A stretch of DNA of 63,692 bases, counting the filler, from Candidatus Babelota bacterium (GTDB lineage: Bacteria; JAGOBX01), in assembly GCA_017999075.1 (NCBI GenBank). It is 8 parts of 8 records of this genome, joined end to end, with 100 filler letters (N's around TTAATTAATTAA, not from the genome) between each part and the next. Parts side by side here need not be neighbours in the genome. Positions count along the whole stretch, not along the records: positions 47,967 to 55,784 come from JAGOBX010000153.1; positions 55,885 to 63,692 come from JAGOBX010000154.1; 6 more parts are not named here. One strand, written 5' to 3'. Positions 47,968 to 59,368 of this stretch are shown here, in pieces. Numbering within the stretch: the first letter of the stretch is position 1; every line of letters starts with the position of its first letter. The position numbers and the translations under genes were made by a program. A model generated the notes under the pieces. It had not been told where the DNA came from, did no database searches, and saw only the letters and a program-made list of their open reading frames with translations.

Positions 47968-48870
47968 TTTTTATTTTCTAATGCTGAAGCTGAAACTTTA
48001 AAATCAGAATGTTATTTCGGACCATATGCTGGATATCACTATTTTTTACACGGTTCGGATTATAAAGACAAACCTGAAATAGGCATTAATTTTGAAAAAT
48101 ATCTTGAAAAACCATGGAGTTATCAGCTTAGTTTAGGATATGTACCTGCGAAATCTAAAACTATTGGCGTTAAAAAAAATCTTTATATTTTAGGAATTGA
48201 CGGAGTATATAATTTTGACGATTTTAAAATTTCAACTTTTTCATTTTCGCCTTATATTGCCGGCGGATTAAATCTTCATATAGGTTCTGCAGATGAAGTT
48301 TCAGGTCTTGACGGAGCTGCGGGACTGAAATATTTTTATAATGAAAAGATAATGATTAAATCAGAAGTTAAATATATGTATCTTTTCAAGCATAACAGAG
48401 ACGATCTTCTTATTTCAACAGCGATTGGATTTGCTTTCGGTAAAAAAAAGAATGTGTCTGTATCGCAGGCGCCTCAATCAAAACCGTCCAAATTTGAAAA
48501 TGGTAAATACGACGAATCAGGAAAACTTCAATCTGTAACTTTAAAAATTAATTTTGCTACTGATAAATCAGACGTATTGTCGGAATATTTTGCTGAAATA
48601 GAGCAGTTTGCAAATTTTATGAAAGAAAATCCAGGCATAAAAGCGGAAATTCAGGGACACACAGATAATGTGGGAAACACTGAATATAATTTGAAACTTT
48701 CTGAAGAAAGAGCTAATTCTGTAAGAAATATTTTTATTAATAATTATCAGATATCTTCAGACAGATTAACTGCTAAAGGTTATGGAGCAGAAAAACCTGT
48801 TGCTTCAAATGATACTGAAGAAGGTAGAAAACAAAACCGCAGAATAGAAGCTGCAATTTTGTCGAATTGA
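47968..48870 (+). CDS. OmpA-family outer membrane protein (beta-barrel plus peptidoglycan-binding domain); 5'-partial
   Basis: Frame open from contig start with beta-strands (FGPYAGY, PYIAGG); INFATDKS, IQGHTDNVG, LSEERA, NRRIE. Confidence 0.9.
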   Translation, partial: FLFSNAEAETLKSECYFGPYAGYHYFLHGSDYKDKPEIGINFEKYLEKPWSYQLSLGYVPAKSKTIGVKKNLYILGIDGVYNFDDFKISTFSFSPYIAGGLNLHIGSADEVSGLDGAAGLKYFYNEKIMIKSEVKYMYLFKHNRDDLLISTAIGFAFGKKKNVSVSQAPQSKPSKFENGKYDESGKLQSVTLKINFATDKSDVLSEYFAEIEQFANFMKENPGIKAEIQGHTDNVGNTEYNLKLSEERANSVRNIFINNYQISSDRLTAKGYGAEKPVASNDTEEGRKQNRRIEAAILSN

Positions 48871-51770
48871 AAAAATATATATTATATTTATCAGTAATTT
48901 TTTTCTTTATTTTTTTAATAATTTTGCCGGTAGTTATTAAAAAAGTTCTCGTCAAAAAGTCTCCGGAAATTACAGGAAGAGAAATATCCATAAGTGATAT
49001 TGACTTAAATTTATTTACCGGCAGTGTTGAAATATCAGGTTTTTCAATATACGAACCTGACAAAAAGAGTATATTTTTTTTATTTGAAAAACTTGAAATA
49101 AATATTTCTATGCTGCGTCTTTTAATAGGTAAACTGCATATAGAAAAAATTTATTTAAAAAAACCTGATATAAAAATTATTTACACAAAAAACAGATTCA
49201 ATTTTTCCGATATTATCGAAAAATTTTCCAAAGACGATGATGATCCTGAAAAAGAACCAAATCTGAAAATTGCATTAACAAACGTTAAAATTGACAGTGG
49301 TTTTATAAATTTTCATGACGGGAATCATAATTCAAATATTGAATTATCCGGGATAGATTTTTTTCTGCCGTTTTTCTATGGAACCGGAGAACAATTTAAA
49401 ATTGAATTGAAAAGCGTTATAAATAAACATTCAAGCATTGCAACCAGCAGTTCATTAATTATTGATTCAGGCAGTTATGAAGGGAATATTAAAATATCGG
49501 ATTTTTCATGTGAATTAATAAAACCTTATATAACAGATTTTTTGAATATATCAGATATCAGCGGGAAAATAAATTCGATATTAAAATTAAAAGGGAATTT
49601 AAAAACTAAGAGTTTAATTATTTCCGCACAAAACAGGATTACTGATTTTTCAGTTGAATTAGTTTCAGAAACAGCGACTGCAGTTTCGTTTTCAGAACTT
49701 GGAGTTGATATAAATGAAATAAATCTTTCTGAAAAAATAATAGATATAAGTTCAATAAGGTTAAGGCAGCCTTCAATATTTTTTGGAATTTCAAGAGATA
49801 ACCATACTTACTCAAAAATATTGAAAGAAAGGAATCTCCAAAGCAGTTCGGAAAAAATAAACAATGACACTTCATCTATTCAATCTGATACCGGCATATT
49901 TCAGTTTGCGCTTTCAGAATTTTCCGTTGAAGACGGAAAATTTATTTTTGAGAACCGCATTATGAAAAAACCTGCTGCTCATGCGATAGACAATATATCT
50001 TTCAAAGCTTCTAACATAACCAATATTTCTAAGATTTCAAATAATTTAAAGATAAATCGTGAAACCAGCAATATTCAGTTCAATTCCAGTTTTTCGCTGA
50101 ATAATATAGGATTATTATTTTTAGATTTTAACTACAATCCTTCAAACGATGAATATTCCGGCAATCTTAATGTGGATAGCCTGACATTAAATGTATTTCA
50201 ATCATATATAACTGAATATACCAATATTTCTGTAAACAGCGGAATGTTCTTTTTGAAATCAAAAATATCAGGGAGTTTGAAAAAAAATACTGCTGTATTA
50301 TCAGGAACGCAAATGATTTCAGATCTTTCCTTATCAGAAACAATAAAAAAAAAAGAATTTTTATCAATTAAAAAATTATCTTTGACTTTGTCAAGTTTTG
50401 ATTTTTTCAATAAAAATATTGATATTTCCTCAATTCAGATTAATTCGCCAAAATTGAATTTTGAATATTATGAAAATGGAACAAATTTCAGCGGATTAAT
50501 TAAAAATGAAGATAATAATTATTCAGAACCTTATAAATCTAAATCAAGGGATATTAGTGAAGAAAAACCCATAAAATTGGTTTTAAAGAAATTCGACATT
50601 AAAAACGGTTCTGTTATTATTAGTGATAATACATTATCGCCTGCATTTATTGCAAAGATAGAAAAAACAGAGTTCAATATTAATGACATATTTTTTCCGT
50701 CAACAAATAAGAATTCGGAACTTTTAATTTCTGCGCTTATAAACCGAAATGGAAAACTTAAAATAAATTCTTTATTTAAAACTGATTTTTCAAATTTTAA
50801 TTCAGATATTTTACTGGAAGAATTGAGTTTGACAGAGTTTACACCATATTCATTAAAATCTATAGCTTATCCTATAAAAACCGGGAAATTAAAAATTCAG
50901 TCAAAAATTTCCATAACAGGAAATAAGTTGATGTCGGAAAATATTTTTAATTTTTTAAATTTTGATATAGGAGAAAAGGACAGCAGATTTGAAGGAGCAG
51001 GATTACCCATTAAACTAGCGCTTGCAATTCTTCGTGATAACAAAAAAAACATAAAACTCGATATTCCTGTAGAAGGAAATCTTGACGATCCCGAATTTAA
51101 ATTAAGCAGGGTTATATGGTACGCTGTAAAAAATATTTTGGTTAAAGCAGTATCAAGTCCTTTTAACATGTTAGCTAAACTTGCCGGAACTTCAGAAGAC
51201 GAATTGAAAGAAATAAAATTTAATTATCTGCAGGTGAATCCTGAAGAAAATCAGATAAAACAAATGGAAAAAATAAAAAAAATTCTTGATGAACGTGAAA
51301 ATTTAGTAATAGAATTTTTACAATTTACAGATGTTGAAGAAGAAAAAAACAGATTAGCTCTAAACTTGTGTAAAGAAAAATACTACAGATATAAGATGAA
51401 TTATACTGATACAGGAATTTTAAATGAATCGGATAAAACTAATATTGCTGAAATTCAGGAAAATGATACTGATATTTTACAGTTTTTAATTACCGGAATT
51501 TTATCAAAACCAGAGGCTGAATCTGCACAGGTTCTCCAGACAAAATCATTTTTGAGGTTATGCATTGATTATATTGGAACTAATGAACTTGATAAAAAAT
51601 TCAGGATGTTATCTGATTCGAGGATAGAGTCTTTTAAAAAGTATTTTTTGGAGCCTGACAGAAAATATGAGAAAAGAGTTTTTATCAGGAATGCCGATTC
51701 TGATGAAATAAGTTTAGAAAATAAATATCTTCATTTTAAAATTCAGCTTGGCGGAGAAAATAATAAATAA
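48867..51770 (+). CDS. DUF748 repeat (AsmA-like) envelope protein
   Basis: N-terminal anchor, repeated beta modules (RFNFSDI, GTNFSGL), LPIKLALAILRD...LDIPVEGNLDDPEF...KAVSSPF. Confidence 0.82.
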   Translation: MKKYILYLSVIFFFIFLIILPVVIKKVLVKKSPEITGREISISDIDLNLFTGSVEISGFSIYEPDKKSIFFLFEKLEINISMLRLLIGKLHIEKIYLKKPDIKIIYTKNRFNFSDIIEKFSKDDDDPEKEPNLKIALTNVKIDSGFINFHDGNHNSNIELSGIDFFLPFFYGTGEQFKIELKSVINKHSSIATSSSLIIDSGSYEGNIKISDFSCELIKPYITDFLNISDISGKINSILKLKGNLKTKSLIISAQNRITDFSVELVSETATAVSFSELGVDINEINLSEKIIDISSIRLRQPSIFFGISRDNHTYSKILKERNLQSSSEKINNDTSSIQSDTGIFQFALSEFSVEDGKFIFENRIMKKPAAHAIDNISFKASNITNISKISNNLKINRETSNIQFNSSFSLNNIGLLFLDFNYNPSNDEYSGNLNVDSLTLNVFQSYITEYTNISVNSGMFFLKSKISGSLKKNTAVLSGTQMISDLSLSETIKKKEFLSIKKLSLTLSSFDFFNKNIDISSIQINSPKLNFEYYENGTNFSGLIKNEDNNYSEPYKSKSRDISEEKPIKLVLKKFDIKNGSVIISDNTLSPAFIAKIEKTEFNINDIFFPSTNKNSELLISALINRNGKLKINSLFKTDFSNFNSDILLEELSLTEFTPYSLKSIAYPIKTGKLKIQSKISITGNKLMSENIFNFLNFDIGEKDSRFEGAGLPIKLALAILRDNKKNIKLDIPVEGNLDDPEFKLSRVIWYAVKNILVKAVSSPFNMLAKLAGTSEDELKEIKFNYLQVNPEENQIKQMEKIKKILDERENLVIEFLQFTDVEEEKNRLALNLCKEKYYRYKMNYTDTGILNESDKTNIAEIQENDTDILQFLITGILSKPEAESAQVLQTKSFLRLCIDYIGTNELDKKFRMLSDSRIESFKKYFLEPDRKYEKRVFIRNADSDEISLENKYLHFKIQLGGENNK

Positions 51771-51821
51771 TCGGGAAATTTCAGGGTAAATAATAGAATA
51801 AATTATAAGGAGATGCTCATT

Positions 51822-54005
51822 ATGGATTTAATAAATTCAAAAGAAAAAAATCATAAATGGAAATTCAGAAAACTCGGAGGATTTGATCAGGTTTGCATAG
51901 AAACAGGCGAAGATATAAAAAACATTCCTTATCTTGACCAAAAATTATGGGTTGCTCTTAATTGTCCGGTAAAAGGAATAGAATTTGATAAAAAAACACT
52001 GGAATTACTGGATTCAGATAAAAATGGAAATATTCGCGCTCAGGAAATAATAACTGCATTAAACTGGGTTTGTAAAATATTAAAAGATCCTAATATTATT
52101 ATAAACAACAGCGGTTCTATTCAATTATCCGAAATTGACCAAAATACAGAAGAAGGCAAAAATTTATATTTATCAGCCAAACAGATACTTGAAAATACAG
52201 GGAAAAATGAGTCGGAGACAATAACTATTGAAGACGCGTCGGATACAATTAAAATATTTGAAAAAACAAAATTTAACGGGGATGGCGTTATCACCATAGA
52301 AAGTTCAGATGATGAAGAAATAAAAAAAGTTATAGAAGAAATTATCTTATGCTGCGGAAGCGTAATTGATAAAAGCGGAAAACCAGGTATATGTTTTGAA
52401 ATTCTGGAGCAATTTTATAATCAGGCTGAATCAATACTTAACTGGAATTCTGAATTTGAAAAAAAATCGGCTATACTGCCGCCTATGGAAAATTTACTGC
52501 ATGAAATAGAATTATTCGGATCGTTGAAGGCAAAAATTGATGATTATTTTATACGATGCAATCTTATTGAATTTGATAAAAAATCGGAAGAAACAATTAA
52601 TTCTGCTGAAAAGATATACGGAGAATTTGCATCAAAACAGCTTAATTACGATACTTTTGAAATTATGAATCTTCCGTTAGCCATTCCAAATGCTGATAAA
52701 ACGTTAAAATTGAAATCAGGAATTAATCCTGTCTGGTCAGAGAAAGTGGAAGAGTTCTATGAAACAATTATTATACCTATTTTAGGTAAAATCAGCGAGC
52801 TGAATAATGAGCAATGGATTTCATTTAAATATAAGTTTTCAATGTTTGAAGAAATACTTATTGCAAAACCATCTTCAAAATTAAATGATCTCGGAATAAC
52901 AAGGATACAGGAAATAATCAATTCAGGATATAAAGAAATAATAGAAACTTTAATTCAAAAAGATAAAGAATTGGAACCTCAATCGGAAGCTATTTCATCA
53001 GTTGATAAATTGCTGAGGTATTGCAGAGATTTATATCCTCTGTTGAATAATTATATATCTTTCGAACATTTTTACAATCCTGCCGTGAAAGGGATTTTTC
53101 AGACTGGAGTTCTATATATTGACGGAAGAAGCTGCGAGCTCTGTGTTTCTGTGGAAGATCCTGTTAAACATGCGCTGCTTGCAGGATTGAGCCGTGTTTA
53201 TCTTTTATACTGCGACTGCATAAGAAACAACGGAGATTTTGAAAAAATTACTATTGCCGCGGCAGTCACAGCAGGAGATTCAGGACAATTGATGGTTGGA
53301 AGAAACGGAATATTTTATGATCGCAATGGAAATGACTGGAATGCGACTATAGTAAAGATTATTGAAAACCCCATAAGCATAAAACAGGCGTTTTGGTCAC
53401 CATATAAAGCTGTGGCTAAAATGATAACAAGTCAGATTCAAAAATTTGCCGCTGCCCGCGCAAAATCTGCGGAAGATAAAATGGGCGCCAGTGTAATAGA
53501 TACGCAGAAAAAAATGGAACAGCCTCAAGTTCAAAACGTTAGTGGAGCTCAGGCTGCTCCTGCAAAACAAGATGCGCCTCCTCCTGTTGATATGGGAAAA
53601 TTTGTTGGAATATTTGCAGCTATCGGATTAGCGCTTGGAGCTTTGGGAACTGCAGTTGCTTCAATTGTAACCGGATTACTTTCACTTAAATGGTGGCAGA
53701 TGCCTATAGCAGTTATAGGAGTGCTTCTCGCTATTTCAGGTCCGGCTATGATAATAGCGTGGTTTAAATTGCGTGAGAGAAATCTTGCGCCTATACTTGA
53801 TGCAAACGGCTGGGCGATTAATTCAAGAGTCAAAATAAATATTCCGTTCGGTACATTATTAACCAAAACTGCTAAGTTACCTGAAGGTTCTGAAAGAAAT
53901 TTATATGATCCGTTCGGAGTTAAAAAAAGCAAGGCGCCGTATTATTTTTTTATTTTGTGGATTATAGCGGTAATTATTTATTTAAAAATTAAAGGTATAT
54001 TTTAA
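51822..54005 (+). CDS. Conserved hypothetical protein with EF-hand-like loops and C-terminal TM hairpin
   Basis: LDQKLWVALNCP, LDSDKNGNIRAQE, FNGDGVIT, GRNGIFYDRNG.DW, LDANGWAIN; ATG 51822 after AGGAG. Confidence 0.75.
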   Translation: MDLINSKEKNHKWKFRKLGGFDQVCIETGEDIKNIPYLDQKLWVALNCPVKGIEFDKKTLELLDSDKNGNIRAQEIITALNWVCKILKDPNIIINNSGSIQLSEIDQNTEEGKNLYLSAKQILENTGKNESETITIEDASDTIKIFEKTKFNGDGVITIESSDDEEIKKVIEEIILCCGSVIDKSGKPGICFEILEQFYNQAESILNWNSEFEKKSAILPPMENLLHEIELFGSLKAKIDDYFIRCNLIEFDKKSEETINSAEKIYGEFASKQLNYDTFEIMNLPLAIPNADKTLKLKSGINPVWSEKVEEFYETIIIPILGKISELNNEQWISFKYKFSMFEEILIAKPSSKLNDLGITRIQEIINSGYKEIIETLIQKDKELEPQSEAISSVDKLLRYCRDLYPLLNNYISFEHFYNPAVKGIFQTGVLYIDGRSCELCVSVEDPVKHALLAGLSRVYLLYCDCIRNNGDFEKITIAAAVTAGDSGQLMVGRNGIFYDRNGNDWNATIVKIIENPISIKQAFWSPYKAVAKMITSQIQKFAAARAKSAEDKMGASVIDTQKKMEQPQVQNVSGAQAAPAKQDAPPPVDMGKFVGIFAAIGLALGALGTAVASIVTGLLSLKWWQMPIAVIGVLLAISGPAMIIAWFKLRERNLAPILDANGWAINSRVKINIPFGTLLTKTAKLPEGSERNLYDPFGVKKSKAPYYFFILWIIAVIIYLKIKGIF

Positions 54006-54007
54006 TT

Positions 54008-55784
54008 TTATACTAATTTATATTTCTGTATAAAATTTGTTTTATCTGCATCATTATTTATTTTTTTGTTTATATCGGATAATAATTTATTATATTCGAT
54101 AAAATAATTATGAGTTGACTCATCTGAAGTTGATAGCGATAATGGTAATAGATTGATATTGTCAATTATCAATCTTAGAACTTTTAATTTAAGTAAAGGA
54201 AAACCTGTTGTTTTTGCTGTTTTAAAAGCAATGTTAATGTTATTGGTTATTTCTTTTTTACTGCAGTTTAATGATATCATAACAGATGTTTTAATTATCA
54301 GGGCATTTATAAAATTATCCGTCATTCCGCATCTAATGCTTTCTTTTAAACTTTTTTTAATAATATTTAAAGCTTTATTTAAATCATTTTTTCGAAATAA
54401 AATTTCAGCAAAAACTATACCTGATTTAATTGTTGATTCTGTAAACTGTAAACGTTCTGACAATTCAATTGATTGCGTTATAAGCTCTTCTGATTTATTA
54501 ATGTTTAAGTAATCAAGTTCCGATAAAGCCATACATCTTAATACATCGCTCATAAGATTTTCATCCTGAATTGATTTTATTGTGATATATGCTTTATTGT
54601 AATATTCTGCAGCGCCATGAAAATCTCCAAGTATTCTCCGAATATCTCCGAAACTTATATACGAATATCCCAACCCTCTTGCATCACCGGTTTCAATTCT
54701 TAAATTATATGCTTTTTGATGATAATCAAGAGCACAGCAGTATTCTGCGAGTTCTTTACAACAATATCCCAATCCGTCGTATGAATAAGCAAGACCTATT
54801 TTATCATTGATTTTTTGAGCAATGCTCAGTAATTCATTGAAACATTTTTCTGCTTCTGAATAATTGCATATTTTTGTATAACAGTTTCCTATGCTGAATA
54901 AGCCTCTGGATACCATAGAAATATCCCCCATTTTTCTTCTTAGTTCAATTGATTTTTTTCCAGTTTCAATTGCTTTATAATATTTTCCCAGATACCAGTA
55001 AACTACGGAAATGCTGTTTGAACATGATGCAATAAGTCGGTCGTCATTTATTTCCATAGCTTTTTTCAATGATTCTTTGCAATATTTAAGGGCTTTGCGC
55101 TGATTTCCTTTCCATCTGTAAACGCTGCCTATATGATTATTTGCAGATATAATTTTTTTTATATTTTTAATTTTTTTTGCGAGGATAAGCATCATTGAAA
55201 AATCTTCAATAGCTTTATCGTATTTTCCTATTAAACGCCAAGCCAATCCCCTCGCCTGATAAATTTCAATTAATTGAATTTTTATTTCTTTAGAAAAATT
55301 ACGGTAATTTTTGCTATATAATTCAATTAGCTGCGAATAATAATCTATTGCCTGATTATTTGCGTATTTTTCAGATGCCTGTTTTGCCGATATATTTAAG
55401 TAATGAACGGCTTTTTTTATATTTCCTGCATTTTTAAAATGAAAAGCGATTATTTCATTTTGTTTTTCAGTATCATGATTTTCAATCCATTCTCCGATAT
55501 AATTATGTATTTTAGTTTTTATCTTAAATGAAATTGAAGAAATAATAGCATCGCGCAGAAGATCATGATTGAATAAATAAGTATTTTTTTCTTTATTATT
55601 TCCAATAAAATGAAGAAAATTATTGTCGCAGAATTTTTTCATTGCAGAGAATAAATTAATTTTCAGTCTCATTTTTTTTGATATATACTCAATGACTTCA
55701 AACTTGAATTCTCTTCCTGCGATGGCTGCAAATGACAAGATTAATTTTTCATTTTCAAAAAATTTGTCGAATTGGCTTATAATA
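54008..55784 (-). CDS. C-terminal winged-helix plus TPR region of a large STAND-like/AAA signalling protein; 5'-partial
   Basis: AAIAGREF, YLFNHDLLRDA, IAFHF..AG, YANNQAI followed by several TPR repeats. Confidence 0.75.
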
Positions 55785-55884
55785 NNNNNNNNNNNNNNNN
55801 NNNNNNNNNNNNNNNNNNNNNNNNNNNNTTAATTAATTAANNNNNNNNNNNNNNNNNNNNNNNNNNNNNNNNNNNNNNNNNNNN
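55785..55884. other. Artificial contig spacer
   Basis: N-run with TTAATTAATTAA. Confidence 0.99.
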
Positions 55885-55885
55885 A

Positions 55886-55942
55886 CCTTATTCGGTAAAT
55901 GCAGGTGTACCTGCGAAATTTATTAAATACAGGCATGAATAA
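55886..55942 (+). CDS. C-terminal fragment of a hexapeptide-repeat acetyltransferase
   Basis: PYSVNAGVPAKFIKYRHE*, typical GxPA(K/R) terminus. Confidence 0.7.
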   Translation, partial: PYSVNAGVPAKFIKYRHE

Positions 55943-56013
55943 AAAATAATATTTTTTGTATGAAAATATAAAAATTAAATTGTTCAGAATGGTATGGTAT
56001 ATAAAAAAATAAT

Positions 56014-57096
56014 ATGAAAAAAATTCTTATAATATTTCCTGATGAATGGGTTGCATATTCTCCCACAATATTGAATTTTATTGAATGTTTTAAAAAATGC
56101 GGAGAAACTTCTGTAATTGCATTTGACACTGAAAAATTCAGTAATAAGGATAAATTAAAAGAAATAGAGTATATTGATTTATCCGGCAGAATGTCCAGCA
56201 TACTTAATAAATTGCATTTAAAAAAAATCGTTAAAATATTTTTGGTGGCTGGATGTATTATAAAATTGAAACTAAAACACAAATACGATTTGGCTGTAGG
56301 TGTTGATTCTATAGGATATTTTACCGCGAAATTATTTTTTAATAATCCTGTTTTTTTATCTTTGGAAATATGTAATGATTTATTTTTTAAAGTTTCAAAG
56401 GTTTTTGGAATAAAAAATATCGTTATTCAGACAGAAGAACGAAAAAAATTTTTATTTGGAGATAACGAAAATATTAAAACTTTTTATTTTCAAAATTCTC
56501 CTATAATAGATGAGTCGGTTAAAATTCGTGATTTTTTAGGAAAAAGAAGAAATATAATTTATTTGGGTAATTTTATTCCTTCGCGGGGTACAGAATTCTG
56601 CGTTCAGGCCCTTTATAAACTTACTGATGACTATACATTGACATTTAAAGGAACAATTGAAAATAATTATAAAAATGAATTAATAGATAAATATAAAGAT
56701 TTAATAGAATCGCGTAGACTTATGTTTGATGAAGAGTATTTGAATCAATCTGAACTTATTCAGTTTCTTTCGGAATATTACGTTGGTTTATGTGTATATG
56801 ATTTATCGGTGATAAAAAAATCTGATTTTAATTATTTGTCGTGTCCTTCAGGAAAACTTTTTAATTATTATGCTGCTGGAATTCCTGTCATTGGCTCTGA
56901 TATTATTGGATTAAACTCAGTGATTCATTATAAAACCGGTATTTTGCTGAAAAAATTATTACCAAATGATATAGCTGAAGCAATAAAAAAAATAGAATTA
57001 AATTATAAAATGTATTTTGAAAATTGCATTTATGCATCGCGTGTTTTCGATTTTAAAAAAAGTTTTGAAAAATTTGCCGCAGAGTTATTATTATGA
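56014..57096 (+). CDS. Glycosyltransferase family 4 (GT-B)
   Basis: IIYLG...RG; GKLFNYYAAGIPVI. Confidence 0.85.
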   Translation: MKKILIIFPDEWVAYSPTILNFIECFKKCGETSVIAFDTEKFSNKDKLKEIEYIDLSGRMSSILNKLHLKKIVKIFLVAGCIIKLKLKHKYDLAVGVDSIGYFTAKLFFNNPVFLSLEICNDLFFKVSKVFGIKNIVIQTEERKKFLFGDNENIKTFYFQNSPIIDESVKIRDFLGKRRNIIYLGNFIPSRGTEFCVQALYKLTDDYTLTFKGTIENNYKNELIDKYKDLIESRRLMFDEEYLNQSELIQFLSEYYVGLCVYDLSVIKKSDFNYLSCPSGKLFNYYAAGIPVIGSDIIGLNSVIHYKTGILLKKLLPNDIAEAIKKIELNYKMYFENCIYASRVFDFKKSFEKFAAELLL

Positions 57097-57965
57097 ATAT
57101 ATTTGTGGTTATACCTGTATATAACAGAAAAAATATTACTCTTAAATGTTTGACTGATTTGTCAAATCAAACATACAAAAATTTTAAAATAATATTGTTT
57201 GATGACGGATCTTCAGACGGAACCGCTGAAGAAGTAAAAAATAGATTCCCTGAAGTTATATTACTGAAAGGAACTGGAAATTATTGGTGGAGCCGTTCTG
57301 TAAATTATGGTATTGAATACGCTTTGAAACAAAAAGCAGAATATATTCTTTTACTGAATGACGACGTCAGATTACCGGAAAATTTTATTTCAAGTTTTGT
57401 TGAAGTTTCAAATAAAAATTCTAATGCATTGCTGAGCGCTGCTAATTTTGATGTTTCGACAAATAAAATTTTGTTTGCAGGAGAAAAACGGGACTGGGTT
57501 AAAGCTTCGATAATAAAAAATACTGATTTGTATACCGAACAGGAGTTGAATGCTAAAATTATTATAGAATCAGATTATCTTCCTGGACGAGGATTATGGG
57601 TTCCTGTTTCCGTATTTAATAAAATAGGATTGTTTGATAGTGATAATTTTCCCCAATCTGCAGCTGATTATGATTTTACAATAAGGGCTAAAAAAGCAGG
57701 TTTTCCTTTGTTCTGCTGCATTAGTGCGAGAGTATATTCTGACAGAACTGATCTTGGCGCGGCTAAATTCCCTCCCGTAAAGTTAAAAAATATAATTTCA
57801 TATATAACAAGCATAAGATCTGCCGGCTGTTTGAAGATTAGATGGAAATTTGCAATTAAAAATTGTCCCAAATATCTGCTGCCGAGTTATTTGGTTATTG
57901 ACACATCGCGTATAATAATAGGTTTTATACTTAAATATTTTAGATTGAAAATTTTTTTTCGATAA
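57093..57965 (+). CDS. Glycosyltransferase family 2
   Basis: VIPVYNR, DDGSSDGT, GNYWW, LLNDD, ADYDF. Confidence 0.9.
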   Translation: MNIFVVIPVYNRKNITLKCLTDLSNQTYKNFKIILFDDGSSDGTAEEVKNRFPEVILLKGTGNYWWSRSVNYGIEYALKQKAEYILLLNDDVRLPENFISSFVEVSNKNSNALLSAANFDVSTNKILFAGEKRDWVKASIIKNTDLYTEQELNAKIIIESDYLPGRGLWVPVSVFNKIGLFDSDNFPQSAADYDFTIRAKKAGFPLFCCISARVYSDRTDLGAAKFPPVKLKNIISYITSIRSAGCLKIRWKFAIKNCPKYLLPSYLVIDTSRIIIGFILKYFRLKIFFR

Positions 57966-58052
57966 GATATAGTGTAATAATAATACTGATAATTTTATAA
58001 TTATAATGAAATTCTGTTGTGCGAAAAATAATTTTTTACAGTAAAATTTTTT

Positions 58053-59336
58053 ATGAGAAAATTTTCTTTATCATTTTTTTTAATATATCTTGCAATACTG
58101 CCTCTGATAGATCAGTTGAATTATAAAATATACGGTAAAATAGGTGTTGACAATGTGCTGTTATTTTTATTATTTTGGATGTCTTTACTTTCTTTGATTC
58201 TTGACAGGGATTCGGTATTTTTAAAAAAAAATATTTTTTATGATAAATTTAAAAATATATCTTTTTTCTTTTACGCATTGATATCTTTATACGGACTTGC
58301 TTTTTTTTTCCCTACTTATTCTTCTCTGCTGTTCGGAAAAAATTTATCGCCGTATCAGCTTACCATGGGATTGCGTTTTGTTCAGATGATATTTGTTCTT
58401 ATAATGCTGAATATTCTCATTGAAGATTTTTCTGATTTGAAATATTGTGTTATAGCCTATTTTACAGGTGCTGCAATTGCAGCGCTTTTCGGGATAGGTC
58501 AGGCGTTTCGTATAAAGTGGTTTTGGGATATAGCTAATGACTATTATTTAATAGGCAAAGCTCATTTGTCTGTTTATAGATTGAAAATTAAAATTTGTTC
58601 ATTTTGGCCTGAAAGCGGTAATACTTTCGGGTCATTTATGACTATGAGTATTTTACTTTTGTTCGGTTCTGGAAGAATATTTTTGCGGAAAAAGATTCTT
58701 TTAGCTTTTTTTTTTCTGATAGGATTACTGATTTCTTTGTCGTTCACATCAATAATTTCTCTTATAGCAGCTTCTTTAATTTTATGGACAGTATCTTCAA
58801 TAAGCGAATTTTCAAAAAAATATTCATTGGCTATAGTAAATTCTTCTTTTTTAATTCTAATTCTTATTATAGGGCTTTCAATATTGTTTTCTGACCGTAT
58901 TGAAAAAAGGACTAATTCTTATATGAGATACAGCGTTGACAATCCTTTTCTTATAAGAGGATTAGACAGAAGAACTTTATCCTGGCGCGGATTCTGGAAT
59001 AATATTAATACAAGAAATGTATTGGAAACAGTTATAGGCAAAGGCTATGCTTTTTCAAGCACTGCGGATAATTATTATATAGAATTGCTTGCCGCAGGCG
59101 GATTTTTATCTTTGCTGTTATTTATCGTGATTTTACTGGTTTTTTTATTTTCAAGTTACAATTATTGTCTTGCATTTCAGAAATCAGGTTCAGAATTATA
59201 TTTTATATTCAGGGTTATTCTCGGATGCGGTGTGGCTATATCTGTTATGATGTTTACAGGCAGTTATTTTTCGTATTTGCCTACAGTAATGCCGCTTTTA
59301 ATGCTGTCAGTCGGAGTGAAAAAATGCAGGTATTAA
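58053..59336 (+). CDS. Wzy polymerase / O-antigen ligase-like membrane protein
   Basis: About 10-11 TM segments, periplasmic loop with G.G..DN.Y, inside a glycosyltransferase cluster. Confidence 0.7.
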   Translation: MRKFSLSFFLIYLAILPLIDQLNYKIYGKIGVDNVLLFLLFWMSLLSLILDRDSVFLKKNIFYDKFKNISFFFYALISLYGLAFFFPTYSSLLFGKNLSPYQLTMGLRFVQMIFVLIMLNILIEDFSDLKYCVIAYFTGAAIAALFGIGQAFRIKWFWDIANDYYLIGKAHLSVYRLKIKICSFWPESGNTFGSFMTMSILLLFGSGRIFLRKKILLAFFFLIGLLISLSFTSIISLIAASLILWTVSSISEFSKKYSLAIVNSSFLILILIIGLSILFSDRIEKRTNSYMRYSVDNPFLIRGLDRRTLSWRGFWNNINTRNVLETVIGKGYAFSSTADNYYIELLAAGGFLSLLLFIVILLVFLFSSYNYCLAFQKSGSELYFIFRVILGCGVAISVMMFTGSYFSYLPTVMPLLMLSVGVKKCRY

Positions 59337-59368
59337 TTTAAACTTAAAAACAATATTATTAAAAATAT

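Noticed and set aside
7998..55884. Seven regularly spaced TTAATTAATTAA repeats in N-runs
   Set aside because: Artificial six-frame-stop linkers between size-sorted contigs. ORF tails ending in X...LIN and cross-spacer gene neighbourhoods are artefacts.
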